A stretch of 63,982 bases of DNA, the filler included, from Ionaspis alba (Eukaryota), in NCBI GenBank assembly GCA_964255285.1. It is 6 parts of 6 records of this genome, joined end to end, with 100 filler letters (N's around TTAATTAATTAA, not from the genome) between each part and the next. Parts side by side here need not be neighbours in the genome. Positions count along the whole stretch, not along the records: positions 21,734 to 32,472 come from CAXUUL010000589.1; positions 32,573 to 43,303 come from CAXUUL010000590.1; 4 more parts are not named here. One strand, written 5' to 3'. A model generated the notes under the pieces. It saw only the letters and a list, made by a program, of their open reading frames with translations, had not been told where the DNA came from and did not search any database. Shown piece by piece: positions 24,938 to 37,543 of this stretch (within the stretch, counting starts at the first letter, position 1; each line of letters begins with the position of its first letter). The position numbers and the translations under genes were made by a program.

Positions 24938-25889
24938 AATGAGACATCCCTTAGGGCTAGCAGAAGAAGAAGTACAGCACGGATCTCAGGCTTCTACATC
25001 CCTCTGCTCTGCCCTGCCCTGCCCTGCCCAAGGCAAGGCAAGGCAAGACAGAAGGTACAGTAGGATCCCTCAACAGGCGAAACATCCTGTACGACATCTC
25101 TGCCCGCATTGCAGTACCGTCGTCACAGGTCCCATATCTCTCACACTCACACTCCTCCCCAGGGGTCAATCAATGTAGCCAGGACTTTGACGACCAGTCT
25201 CAACGTTACACTCCCCCCCCGTAGCCGACCACCCATCCCCATCTCGGGACACAGTCCGGCCCGAGCGCGCTGAGAGCTTCCCAAAGCGTCGTCCTCGTCC
25301 GCGTTGTTATGCATGATACAGCCAGGACTTTGGGTGACTCAGCTGCGGGGCTAGGTATCAGTCGGTATCAGTCAGCTATTTGGTTGGTTCTCAGATGGAC
25401 AGGGGATTGGGAATGAATGGATGTCTCAGATGGGGTCTGAGCCAATGAGAGAGGTGGTGGAAGCGATTGCGGGTGAGCTTGAGCTGAGGTAGCTGGATGG
25501 TTGTGAGTCTGGATGGTTTTTGCTTGGGTGGGAGAGGAGGAGATTGCTGTCAGGGGGGAATGAGGTTCATCAGGGATGGGAGGCAGCTGAGTGACGCGAG
25601 AGGAGAGATTATACAGGGCTTTTTGCAGTAGAGAAATGAGCTCTGAGATGGATGTCGACAAATCAGAGGCAAGCAAAATAGGAACGCTATAAAAAAACAA
25701 CTCAATGAGAAAGAAAGACATTTTCAAGGCAGTGAGATTCGTGTCACTTTGACGACGCGCTTCTTCCTTCGTAATCGAANNNNNNNNNNNNNNNNNNNNN
25801 NNNNNNNNNNNNNNNNNNNNNNNNNNNNNNNNNNNNNNNNNNNNNNNNNNNNNNNNNNNNNNNNNNNNNNNNNNNNNNNCCCCACTCTT

Positions 25890-27260
25890 CTAAAACTTCA
25901 ACATCTTCGGCTTCTCCCACGCAAAACTCTGATCCGTAAAATGACCATTCTTCGCCGTCCGACAATAAATCGGCCTACACAGATCCAACTCCTTGACAAT
26001 AACCCCGGGGCGGAGATCAAAATTCTTCCTAATAATATCCACCAGCTCGTCCGAGCTCTTCTGCGACGTCCCATACGATTCCACAAACATGGACAAAGGC
26101 TCCGCGACGCCGATCGCGTAGGAGAGTTGCACGAGGGCTCGACGCGCGAGTTTGGCGTGCACGAGGGATTTGGCGATCCAGCGCGCGAGGTATGCGGCCG
26201 AGCGGTCGACCTTGGAGTAGTCTTTGCCGGAGAAGGCGCCGCCGCCGTGCGCGCCCCAGCCGCCGTAGGTGTCGACGATTATTTTTCGGCCGGTGAGACC
26301 GGCGTCGCCTTGTGGCCCGCCGATGATGAAGAGGCCGGAGGGTTGGATCTGCCGGGGTTTGGTTAGCTAGGGTTTCAGGGGATAAAGGGAGGTTGGAAAT
26401 TTGAAAAACGGGAGGCAGACATGGTACACGGTCTTCTCGTCGAGGTATTTGGCCGGGATGACTTTCTTGACGATCTTCTCTTTGATTTCTTTCCGTAGCT
26501 CTTCCGTCGTGATGTCCTCGCTGTGCTGCGCGCTGACCACTACGGTGTCGACTCTTTTGGGGATGACGGCGCCGCCGTCGTGCTCGTATTCGATCGTCAC
26601 TTGCGTCTTGGTGTCTGGCCGGAGCCATGGGAGGCTGCCGTCGTTTCGAGCCTCTTTCATCGCTCTGTTGAGGGCGTGCGCGAATTGGATGGTCATGGGG
26701 AGGTATTCTGGTGTCTCGTCTGTCGCGTACCCGAACATGATGCCCTGGTCTCCGGCACCCAACTTCTCAATGGCCTCATCATAGTGGAGACCTTGGGCAA
26801 TGTCCGGTGATTGTTGTTCAATGGCTACTAGCACATTGCAGGTCTTGTAGTCGAAACCCTTGTCGGAGCTGTCGTATCCAATGTCTTTGATGGTATTTCG
26901 GATGATTTTCTGGTAATCTAAGACTGCTTTGGTTGTGATTTCTCCAAAGACCATTACCATTCCTGTAACTAGACTTTAGGGATAATGTTCTAGGATTCTG
27001 CTGTTCAACTAACCAGTCTTCGTAGCTGTCTCGCACGCAACCTTGAAACAAATGGTTCAGTCCATGTCTAATGCTTGAGAGCGATTATCATACCTTAGAC
27101 AGAGGGTCGACAGCCAAACACGCATCCAAGATAGCATCCGAGACCTGGTCTCTGTATACAAGTCATTAGCCCAAAGCCTCACCGTTGCAGCACATCAGAC
27201 CTACGCTATCTTATCCGGATGCCCTTCACCAACACTCTCAGAGGTGAAGAGAAATGGCAT
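25890..27260 (-). CDS. SAM2: S-adenosylmethionine synthetase (5 exons: 27260-27205, 27151-27094, 27041-27014, 26962-26421, 26348-25890)
   Basis: [74 protein letters not shown]1 and SAM2 cannot be told apart from sequence alone. Confidence 0.97.
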
Positions 27261-27605
27261 TTTGGCGGGTTGTTAGGAGGTGGTTGTGAAATGAAAAGAT
27301 TTATGAGGTTGAAGTTCTGACGATACCCGAAGTTCAAAAAAAAAGTTCTGAGACGTCAATCTGCCGGGATGGATAGCGTGATTGGAGCTAACCTTACCCG
27401 AAATCGGCGCCCCAAGACAGAGACTATCGGTGTCCCTGCGTGCGAGCTCTCCAATAGGAATTGGGCTCAACAAAGCCTAGTTCAGTCACAGTATCTGAGG
27501 TCATAACTTAATTTTTTGCGAAGCACAGAAGTAAAGTGGGAAAGTATAGATTACAGGTTAGAGCTACCTCCATCGTTTCTATTGCTATACTATGCTACAT
27601 AACTC

Positions 27606-29577
27606 TCAAACCTCATTACTTGGGTACTCCACCTTCTTCAACGGCACGAATTCCTCCTTGATACTCCGCAAACTCACGAATCTGCCCAGCAGATTCATAC
27701 TCCCCGCCTTATCATTCGTGCCGCTCGCCCTTGCACCACCAAACGGCTGCTGGCCCACCACTGCTCCTGTGCTCTTACAGTTGATGTAGAAATTACCTGC
27801 GGAATCTCTCAATGCGTCTTCAGCAAATCGAATAGCTTGGCGATCAGAAGCGAAGACAGCACCTGTGAGAGCATAGTCAGAGGACTCGTTCACAACTTTG
27901 CAAATGTCTCTAAAGGCATTGGGTGGAGAGTCGTCGTAGACGTAGATAGCGAGGATAGGGCCAAAGAGCTCGGTGGTCATCATGGAATGTCCGGGCGAGG
28001 AAGCGGTATAGATAGTCGGGTGGATGTAGAAACCCTCGCTATCGTCGTACGTCCCTCCAACCAAGAGCTCCAAATCTTTATCATTCTTAGCATTGTCAAT
28101 GGCCTTCTTAAGCTTTGCGAATGAAGCCTCATGGATCACAGGACCGATGAAGTTTTCAAACGCTTCCGGCGGCCCGACTTTCAATGCTTTGGTCTGCTCG
28201 ACAAGGCCCGCTTTGAAGGCAGGGTATATGGATTTGGGCACATAAGCCCTGGAAGTAGCGCTGCACTTTTGGCCTTGATATTCGAAGGCGCCACGAACGG
28301 TGTTGATGACTGCGTTCTCGACATCGGCGCTCTTGTGGATGAGATGGTAGTTCTTGCCTCCTGTTTCGCCTACTATCCTTGGGTATCCTTTGTATATGCC
28401 TTTGGCGACGCAAGCACCTATCTTACCATATAAGGAGCGGAAGACAGCGGTGCTGCCCGTATAATGGAGACTGGCAAATTGAGGATGTGCGAGGATGACG
28501 CTGGTGACTAATTCAGCATCTCCTGGAACGAACTGTATGACGTTAGGTGGAAGACCAGCTTCCAAGAGGATGTTGTAGAGAATGTAGTTTGACGCGATCG
28601 CGGAAGGCGAGGGCTTCCAGACGACAACGTTGCCCATCAGGGCTGGTGCGCAAGGGAGGTTGCCACCAATGGCGGTGAAGTTGAATGGAGAGATGGCGTA
28701 CACGAAACCTTCCAATGCTCGATATTCGACCCGGCTAGCCATGAGAAATCAGCATCATGCTCTGAATCGATGGGCAAAGCTATACTGACTTCCATACTCC
28801 TGGTGAGTTGTGTACCGGTTGCTGGGCATACGTATCCTGAGCATATTGAACGTTGAACCTGTGGACAAATTTGAGCTCAGACACGAGGACGATCAAGATG
28901 GCTTCGAGATATACCTCAAGAAATCACAAAGCTCTGCCGCTGAATCAATCTCTGCCTGCCATGCATTCTTCCCCTGCCCCAGCATCGTAGCAGCCATAAT
29001 ATCATATCGATATTTCCCGCTGATCAAGTCTGCCGCTTTGAGAAAGACAGCTGCTCTATCTGCGAAGGGCAAGGACTCCCAAGCAGGCTTTGCTGCCAGA
29101 GCAGCGTCAATGGCCTTGGATACATCTTCGTTACTAGCATTCGAGTAGTTGGCAATATTCTTGGAGTGCGATGCAGGAAACGCTTGTGAAAGAATGGATT
29201 GAGCTTTGATCTGGTATAGTCAGACCTGATCGTTTGACTCTTCGTATTTACGAACCTCTTTTCCTCCAACGACCACGGGTATCTCTAAAGGAGCCTTCTT
29301 CTTCAAATCCTTGAGTGCTTCCTCCAGCGCTATGCGATCTGGTGAACCTTTGGCATAATGTTTCTGGAAACCTTGGTCTCAGCATCTGTATTTTCCATAG
29401 TTTTCTAATAGTACTCACATTTGGCTCGTTCTCGACCTTCGGAACCTTGAAAGTTGCCATACTAGACATATAGGTATTTGGAATAATGGAAAGAGATGAA
29501 CGCTTCGATGTTGTTCGAGTTTTGCACAGACTTTGAAATTTTAAGGAAGAAGTCTGAAAGGTTCGTAGACTTTTCAT
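27606..29577 (-). CDS. PUT2: Mitochondrial delta-1-pyrroline-5-carboxylate dehydrogenase (5 exons)
   Basis: Basic Ser/Thr-rich presequence, KVENEP, MLGQGKNAWQAEID, ISPFNFTAIGGNL, GETGGKN, FEYQGQKCSA, QQPFGGARASGTNDKAGS. Confidence 0.96.
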
Positions 29578-29673
29578 TTGATATGAGGAAGTGTTTTAGA
29601 TAGGGACGGTCGATTCGACTGCAGATTTCTTGACTAGACTACTAAGTTGTTCCTGTCTAGAAAAACATCATAA

Positions 29674-29692
29674 TAGCGGGGTTTTAGCGGGG
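29674..29692 (+). promoter_or_regulatory. Paired SYGGRG (CreA/Mig1-type) sites in the PUT2/Apq12 divergent promoter
   Basis: TAGCGGGG direct repeat, with GCGGGG at 29676 and 29687. Confidence 0.35.
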
Positions 29693-29963
29693 AAGTTTCT
29701 CGGTTGGCGCCGGGTTTCGCGTGACTGCTCGGCGGCTAGTGTTACGGCTGGTGGAACAACGTCCTTTGGGCCACCCCGACATATCAACCAAGGCGGGACT
29801 GTAAAGCTATACTGTGGCATTGGACGAAGTATGTAATAACTGGAAGATGCTGTGGTTCTAGCAAGACCCAGAAGAGTAGTCCCCCATTAACTTTCGCGAT
29901 TTGTCACCTATTTGTACTCATCCGGAGCTCAGAGCTTCCCAGCTATACCTCATCCACTCTACG

Positions 29964-30549
29964 ATGGATGCATTTCAGGGTACAACATAACTGCCCAATC
30001 AACTTGTGATTAGAGTCTTTGGCTGACTTCCTCCCAGACTATCTTCCCGCCTTCTTCCACATCTACACAAACTACTACACTCCCTATGAGCGCTACTTGC
30101 GACCCTTCCAAAAGTACTTCTTCATCGCCGCCTCATACGGTTACCGCTATATCTTCCCGGTGGTATGGCCCATCTACCGTCTCACAAGCAGTCTCCTAGC
30201 TCGGGCTCTTTCCGACAAGCCCGACCTGGCGACTGTCGCCCTCCTCCTGTTTATCTTCTACATCTCTGTGAGGTTGTTAGATATTGTGAGGAGGCAGGTC
30301 ATGGCCTGGATATCGGTGATGCTGAAAATGGGTGTTTGGGCTGGTATGGCATTGCTGGGCTTTTACGTCTATCAGAGAGGCGTCGAGCAGAGTCTGGATG
30401 ATGTGGTATGGTTGGTAGGCTATTTTGCCGAGATGCAGAGTGAAGGTGAGAGAATCGGCAAGAAGAGGGGGAGAGAAAGGATGGCGGATGCTCGAAGAGC
30501 CGATACTCGCGGTCCCAGAGGAAGGACAAGAGGAGGTGGGTGGGGATAG
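29964..30549 (+). CDS. Apq12-like nuclear envelope membrane protein (intron 29980-30037)
   Basis: MDAFQD|YLPAF. Two transmembrane segments separated by an amphipathic stretch (PDLATVALLLFIFYISVRLLDIVRRQV...FYVYQRG) and a basic tail. Confidence 0.75.
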
Positions 30550-30887
30550 GGTGGGGATGTTTGAAAGGCAAGACGCGCCTGCCACTATGGAAGCCCTCAA
30601 ATGCGGTTGTAAAGCAATACAGAACAACAACAAGATAACTTTCCAGCCACTGGTTCTTTGGCGCTACGCATGGCAGTGTTGTCACCGAACGGAGCATTCA
30701 AAGCAACAGCCGATTATACTGAGACTTCCTATAGGTCCGAGAACTGGGTATCAAAACATCCCTATCTCGCCTCAACCATTGAACACCATCGCTATGCTTT
30801 TCCCACCACATCAAGTACGACATCTTTGAGGCCAATCAGTGATGGTCAACACCAGACAAGCCCGAAATTTGATCGCCAAAGGCATGA

Positions 30888-31897
30888 TCATGACATATCC
30901 GGATCCTCCCACGGGTTCTCAAGCTCGTCATTCGGCTCTCTGGGCTCTTGGGCTTCATGAAATTGGATGGCATCATCGATATAACTCAAGATAGCCCCAA
31001 TACTATCTTCATCTTGAACATCCAGCTGCAGAAACGATACCATACTCATTTCCGCAATAAGATCAGCAACTGCACGATTCAGCCTCTTGAAGCTTCCACC
31101 GGCCATGACCGATTTCGAGCCTGAGGGATCTGCTCCTCTCTCCTCTGCCGAAGCTACTGTCGCATCCGTGTCTGCCGGATCGTCGTCTAGAAGGGTCGTA
31201 TCGGGGTCAAGAAATCTCTTCAGCTCTTTCCTAGTAATCGTGCCTTTGACCAAATCCATCTTGCTCATGACATTAACGTGAGGGACTCCAAGCATGAGCA
31301 TCGCACTCATCGCTGATAATGTGCCTGCGAAGAACTTTGCCCTGTCTATCACAAATGTAGATTCTAATAAATATGTTGCGCAAAGGTTGACGTTCAAGGC
31401 GCCGGTACTGGTCAGGTGCTTCACTAGTGCTGGGACCACGGGAATATGAGTGTAGAGTTCTATTTGGCCGGGCATGTCGATTATGATGAGGTATTCTTCT
31501 GTCAGAGGGTCAATGGGTTCGGTAAGAAAATCGAGGTTCTCAAGTAGGAATCTGGGTGGTCATATTCTCAATACTGGTCCGCATAATCCCGAAGACCAGA
31601 CTCACTCAAAGCAATATATCAATCCCCCGTTTGGACCTAACCCGATCTCTTCCATGACATCTTCAAGGGATATCAGGTCTTTGATGTCTAGGTCTGGTTC
31701 ATACACAAATTCATCCGCAGCGGGATCAAGGTTGATATAGAAGCAGGAACGTTTGTTGTTCCGTAGATGCTGGATCAGGGAGGAACAAAATGTGGTCTAG
31801 TGAATTTGTTAGATGTGTTTTTGATAAAACGACTTGGGGATGCGCACACCTTGCCGGCGCCCGCCGGACCCATGACGAGAACTCCAAACTTGCTCAT
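30888..31897 (-). CDS. GPN3: GPN-loop GTPase 3 (introns 31849-31797, 31605-31552)
   Basis: MSKFGVLVMGPAGAGK|TT, INLDPAA, GLGPNGGLIYCFE, DMPGQIELYTH, SKMDL, IQFHEAQEP. Confidence 0.93.
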
Positions 31898-32119
31898 GAT
31901 GATCTTGGTCCGTCTATCTACTGACTAGATGCAATGATTGTATCGCGAGGAAAGACGTTGAGTTTGCAACATTCGGCGTTGTATTCAGGAGTTACTTCCA
32001 AAGCTTGAATTCCCTCGATTAGGATATTCTGCCAAAGCGGTGAGGCAATACAGAGGATCCTCGCTATCACGTTTGATTTTATATATATGCTAACATAAGT
32101 AATTGTTTAACAGTCACAT

Positions 32120-32200
32120 GCCCGGATGGCGCAGTGGTACCGCGTCTCACTCGTAAAAAGCGTAATGAGAAGATCGCCGGTTCAATTCCGGCTCTGGGCA
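32120..32200 (+). tRNA. tRNA-Thr(CGT) with a ~9-nt intron
   Basis: Acceptor stem GCCCGGA/TCTGGGC. Anticodon arm TCTCA-CT-CGT-A[AAAAGCGTA]A-TGAGA. T arm GCCGG-TTCAATT-CCGGC. A T-run terminator follows. Confidence 0.92.
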
Positions 32201-32472
32201 TAATTTTTGCCTTTTCCCATGTCGATTCTTCTGTTGCATTGCTTCCAAGTCTTGTCCGTTACAGTCGGAGCCGCTGTCTGGTGTGTAGGAATTACTTGGG
32301 AGCCCCTTTTTGGTGAAAAGTCCGGATGTCGGGTGAAGTCTTGGCGCTGGCTCTCCTTTTAGCTCGGCGCGATAATTTGTATGAGGAAGCCATGCGGAGC
32401 TCGAGGCAAGATCCAATTGGATCAGCCTCTGTCCAGCATGCATTCGTGGCTTGCGTTGAGGTTCTCCTTTGG

Positions 32473-32572
32473 NNNNNNNNNNNNNNNNNNNNNNNNNNNN
32501 NNNNNNNNNNNNNNNNTTAATTAATTAANNNNNNNNNNNNNNNNNNNNNNNNNNNNNNNNNNNNNNNNNNNN
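32473..32572. other. Artificial scaffold linker
   Basis: N44-TTAATTAATTAA-N44. Confidence 0.97.
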
Positions 32573-33203
32573 GAGGGGGAGGGGGCATAGTTGCATAGCG
32601 TGGTTTGGGATAGGCAAAATGGGTGAGGTTTTGGGAGTCTGGGGAGAGACGGATTTATATACCCTAGATTGAGCAATTTTACGAGTATGAATCATGTCAC
32701 CTGTAGCAGTGAGAGTTTTTGACAAGATTTTTGCACTATCTAAAGCGTGCTGGCTCCTATCGAGCAATTTCTTCTGGCTTTAGTACATCGTAAAAGGAAA
32801 ACATCGTGGTCAGGTGAGACTCGAGCTTGCAACACTCGATCGCTGGTGGGGTATCTCCGCTGAAAGTCACTCGCTATGCGGCAATCCTTCGAAATCAAAC
32901 CACCGACGGATACATCATGGAACACCTTACTGCTGAACACCGCTCGCTATGCCGCAAGGAGCCCGCACAAAGATCTTCCATGTACTCCAGATCATACCAA
33001 ACCGTTCTTCGGAGGAATGAAAAAAAAAAGCCATCGCTGGTTGCATCATGTCCACTCTATTAGAGACTAGATCTAGCAGTGGAGTAGCCTCCACAGCAAC
33101 CGACATAAAAGGTAGAGACTCAGTAAGTTGTCGCTCCACATCTGCTCTGCTGCAGGAGACAAGCCCTAGCGGCTGAGCAGGCATTGCAATAACCAACCAA
33201 CAT

Positions 33204-36200
33204 CTACTTGAGGTAGAAGTACGTATCGTTCTGAATCGCAATGGTCAATTTCTCTCTCAGAGTCTCAATACTCATGTACTCGGGCAGCAGAAGTCGACTA
33301 AAGCAGGTCGAACTGGTAGGAAGCAACTAGCGCAAAATTAGTAAAAGCACTCCCCGACTACTCCAAACCAGATCGACATACCTTCTTACTCTCTTCATCA
33401 TCACCGACCCCATTCTTCTGGATAACAAACTTCATACTTTTGATCCCCGCTGCAGGAATCCGCTCGGAGGCCGTCACAAATTTCAGGAGATGGCGGAGTT
33501 GCTCCTGCGAGAATTCCTTGACCACAGACCAGAAATCGCGAATGATCTCCTCATACCATTCGTAACCCTCATACTCGGCAATCGACTTCAATTCCTCGAC
33601 GTTGATATGGCGTTGACCCTCGACGAGAAGCGCTAACGACTTGGGCTGGAACATGCTGACTGCTCGCCTTTTGACGCATTTGAAGAACCCGGCTGCAAAG
33701 GCCTTGTATTGAGGTCCGACGATGAAGTTCGTGTCAAAATGAATGCGATCTTTGACGTATTGCTCGCGGTTGGCTTTGTTGACCATCACCACGTCGTCGG
33801 TCTTCATCCAGTCTTGATTGGTTGCGAAAGTGTGCTGGTCGGCTCCTGGGACTAGGTATGAGACAACCCGAGAGAGAGGGTCCCGGGCTGTTGCTGCGTC
33901 AGGCAATTCGGCTCGTGACAGAACGTTGTGATTTGCTCTTGTATGGGGGGGTATCATTTCATCGAGGGTCGTGCTTTCATAGATGGCTTCGGGTGGGAAC
34001 TCGAGAATAGTTCCTCCTGTCTCGGCAGTGAACGAATAAGGAATACAAAATACGTCCTCCATGTCGTCGCCATCGTAATCAAGTATGGCTTGCAGGCTCC
34101 GTGCTAGCTGCGGCCAATCCTCGGAAATAGCATCCAATCCGTCAACGTTCTCACGGAGGAGCTTCTTGTAGAAGAAGGAGGGAAGGTTGATGGGGAGAGT
34201 GATCCCTGTGTATACAGCGAGACCTGCTAGCATACCGATCATCTCGAATTTGTAGAGAGGTTCGTAGGACAGGGGGCGGAACCATGAAACCCGGCTATCA
34301 GGGTCAGTAGTGAAGAGACCTGGATTAAGGTTAGCCAAAGAGCTTGAAACTAGCTAAAAAGCCTACCATAGTCGGGATCTAGGGCCTTCTCGAAGGCCAG
34401 AGCGAAGAACTCTTGCTGAACACCCCCAAGATCGTCACCTTCCTCGCCTTGCTCCGCACCCAGGCGAATTTTCAGAGGTCGTCTCAGTTCCTCCTTTCTG
34501 GTTCTCCAAATCTTATCCAAAGCATCCTCTAGAGCACTCTCGCGTCTGATATTCATGACGAACACCCTCATCATCTCGTCATAAGTTCTTTGCATGAGGT
34601 CCATTTGTGCCAGACCAGCAATCGAGCTCACCCGGACGAAAAGATTGCCCCTCGCGAATGCGGCATCAGATGCAGCTCTGATCGACTCGAGGTTGATGGT
34701 CCGAAAATACTTGACGTAGTCGGAGTGGTCGAACAAGAGAGGGAACTGGAAGATGTGAATCCTGGTATGGTCGTAGGACGCGTCCATCCAGGTCATGCAC
34801 GCCTCCTTGACATTGAGGTGGTTGGCCACGTAAGGCATGATGAAGTCCCTCGACTGGAGACCTAGCTGATGTCGGTGGATATCTAACATATGTGTAAGCG
34901 CAGATATACGAGCATCATATATAATCCGAGAGGAACTAACGCAAAATTTTGAGAAATCCAAGAGCGCCGGCTACGGGTCCCCATTTGAGAAGCACGGGGG
35001 TTTGATCCCATTCAATTCGAACGACAGTCCGCACCCATTCGAGGATTATATGTGCAAGTGAGGGCGCACCTTCCTGCGAAGGAGACGACCCTCCGTCGAA
35101 ATATTGTGCTTCCCCATGCTGACCCAGGGCTTTGGCGAAATTAATGTCATCCCTGCTGGGACTATCTTGCGTGATCCAGTCGATGATGGTTGCTACGTAT
35201 GCTGCGGCATCTTGGCTGTGAAAATACCGGATTCGGGATGCGACGCTACAAGCCAGACTCTTGACCACGTCGTATGATCGGGGATCGTCATATACTTCGC
35301 GGAGTTCAAGCACGCTTGTAAACACTGATGGCCTGGGCTTTCCTCTTGGCTTGTATGGTACAGACAGACCAGCTTTGCGTAGATCGACAAACTCCTTCCA
35401 AGCAGGAACGAGGGCATCGGCAGGGACGATTGGAAGCCGGCTAGCGAGAGCAGCGAGAACGATACAGTGTATATGCGCAGCCTCACGAGGCCCAAGAGAG
35501 ACTGTATAGCCAGGATCGGGAGTGTGACCGAGAGCCGTATTGTAGGCATTGAAGTTGTCGTCGTCCTTGTAGGGGAGTGGCTTCAGATTGAGCAGTGGCT
35601 GGGTCCTTATTTTTCGACCTTCGGGAAAAGCAAAAGTATCAGACATGGCATCCTTCAGGCACCCTAGGATAGGCCAGACATCTTCTTTCTCGAGTGTGCT
35701 CAGCTGACGAAAGGATTCGATCATCTCGGAAGGCGGTAGACTTGTTGTTCGATAGATGACAGTAGGACGATCAGACGCGCTCACGTTACGGGGAAAGCTT
35801 GTAGAGTAACGACTTCGATCTCGAGGTTGAATACGCTCTTGCACAAAGGATCGTAAGAGAAGACGAGGAGTACTGAGAACGTGGAGTACGGATCTCAAGT
35901 CTTCAGGTCGAGTTGCTTCTGCCTCGCTGGTGGGGATGGTAGGCGTGTCATTCAGCGGAGAAAACGGGGTTGTTCGGCCAAGTAAGAGCAGAAAGCGCGC
36001 CTCTGCGCAAGCTCTCGTACTGCTGTTTCGTTTTGATTCGCTCAAGCCCCGAATGATGGCCGGAGAGAGATAGTCAAGGCGAGGTAGCGATTGAAGATAC
36101 TCATTCACTCTTTTCACGGCCTCAGACTCTCCACATCTGCCTGCGGTACTGTTCAAGACCGGCAACACGGACTTAGTGGTTTGCTCATCTCTTTCCATTC

Positions 36201-37014
36201 TTTTCATGACAATAGCGTCCGATTTCAGAGGATCTTTAAACGCGTCTGTATCGTAAAGACACTGAGAAAAGGACTTGTAGTCTTTGGATGGCGTTGAATC
36301 CTTGTCGCCTTCTTCAAAAGCGCCTGTGCTGAATCCTGGGTGTTGGCGGCTTTCCAGATCAATTTCACGTTTTTTGTCTTTGGATGGTGTTGTATCCTTA
36401 TCACCTTCAAAAACGCCTGTGCTGAGTCCTGGGTCTCGGCGGCTCTCCAGATCAATTTCACGTCTTTTGTCTCCTACGAATTTAAAACACTGAGACCGAA
36501 CACGGAATGACAGTTCGTCGAGTTGACTTTTCATCGCCGCTTGGCGCTGTGCTTCTGACTTCTCGCTTAATAATTTATAGAAGACCGGAGACCAAGAAGG
36601 ACTCTCATCAGGCATATAATGATCAAGGGGAGCAATGCTGTCATTGGGTTCATGTGGACAGAGTCTTCTCCATGGGCAGTCCTCGCTTGCCAAAAAAGTT
36701 GCCACTGCTCTAGCGCTCAGTATACGCAACCTCCGAAAGGGTCCTTTGGAGCATCTTTTGAGACAGCTGAGGCAAGTGGGCGTGCTGCATGCTGGGTTCC
36801 CGCAGCCATATCGAAGTTGTCGGTAAAACCTTGGAAATATGAGCCAAGATTTATTGGACGAATTTCATGCTAAACAGCTAGACGCTTACCGATCTTCTAA
36901 CGTCAGGAAAGCTAGCCGGCGCTGATATAGAATCTCAGGTATACTCCGAGGAGGGTTTCCATTCGGTCGGAAAGGATTGGGACCAAGCCCAAGAGCGCTC
37001 AGTCCACTCGCCAT
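33204..37014 (-). CDS. HECT E3 ubiquitin ligase with N-terminal AZUL-type Zn finger (E6AP/UBE3A-like), 5 exons
   Basis: QLRYGCGNPACSTPTC follows intron 36889-36830. GEEGDDLGGVQQEFF, LLKFVTASERIP and the catalytic LPTSSTCFSRLLLPEY in the last exon. Confidence 0.92.
36279..36471 (-). repeat. Intragenic ~93-nt tandem duplication in the HECT gene
   Basis: DKRREIDLESRRDPGLSTGVFEGDKDTTPSK followed by DKKREIDLESRQHPGFSTGAFEEGDKDSTPSK. Confidence 0.9.
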
Positions 37015-37543
37015 CTCTGCTCGGAGTTGTCCTTACGGCATATTTTGAGAACAGGGCAGCTTCTCGAGAAGTTCCAAGAGCACAAAAGCCTTTCGATGGT
37101 AAATCTATCGTTCCTTGATCAGTGAGGTATTGCTGAAAGAGCCTCAATATAAGGCTTGCAAGGGTATGTGTTGGAGTGTCGTTGACGATACGCTACGGAT
37201 CTGGAAAATCGTTTATACGAACGAATCAATGCTTTTCTGCACCACCCCTAGCCGTGAATGGGCTCGCTTGCCTATGCCTCATGAGGCTACGTCATTCCTT
37301 TACCACAAATCGACACAGATGAGTGAATAACGATTTGTGCTGTAGAAGCGTACCACTGAGAGACTCATCGATATTGGAGAGGTTGACTACATGTCCTATG
37401 CTTTACTAACAGAGTCTTGCTCGCTTACACAGTCTGGTCTACTATCCAGGAAGACTTCAGCCTGTCTCTTCACGGACAGTCACAATTCCACCTAGTTGAG
37501 CACTTCGAACATCCATTTTGACCGATACCTCTTCAAAAAAAAT

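Noticed and set aside
25749..26810. Plus-strand ORFs overlapping SAM synthetase
   Set aside because: Antisense shadows of a GC-rich, codon-biased gene.
358..29577. Apparent SAM/polyamine/proline metabolic cluster (SPE2 + SAM synthetase + PUT2)
   Set aside because: SPE2 is two artificial linkers away from the others. Only SAM synthetase and PUT2 are truly adjacent, and they share no direct pathway.
37364..37370. PAC-like CGATGAG upstream of REI1
   Set aside because: A single 7-mer, plausible for a ribosome-biogenesis gene but not distinguishable from chance.
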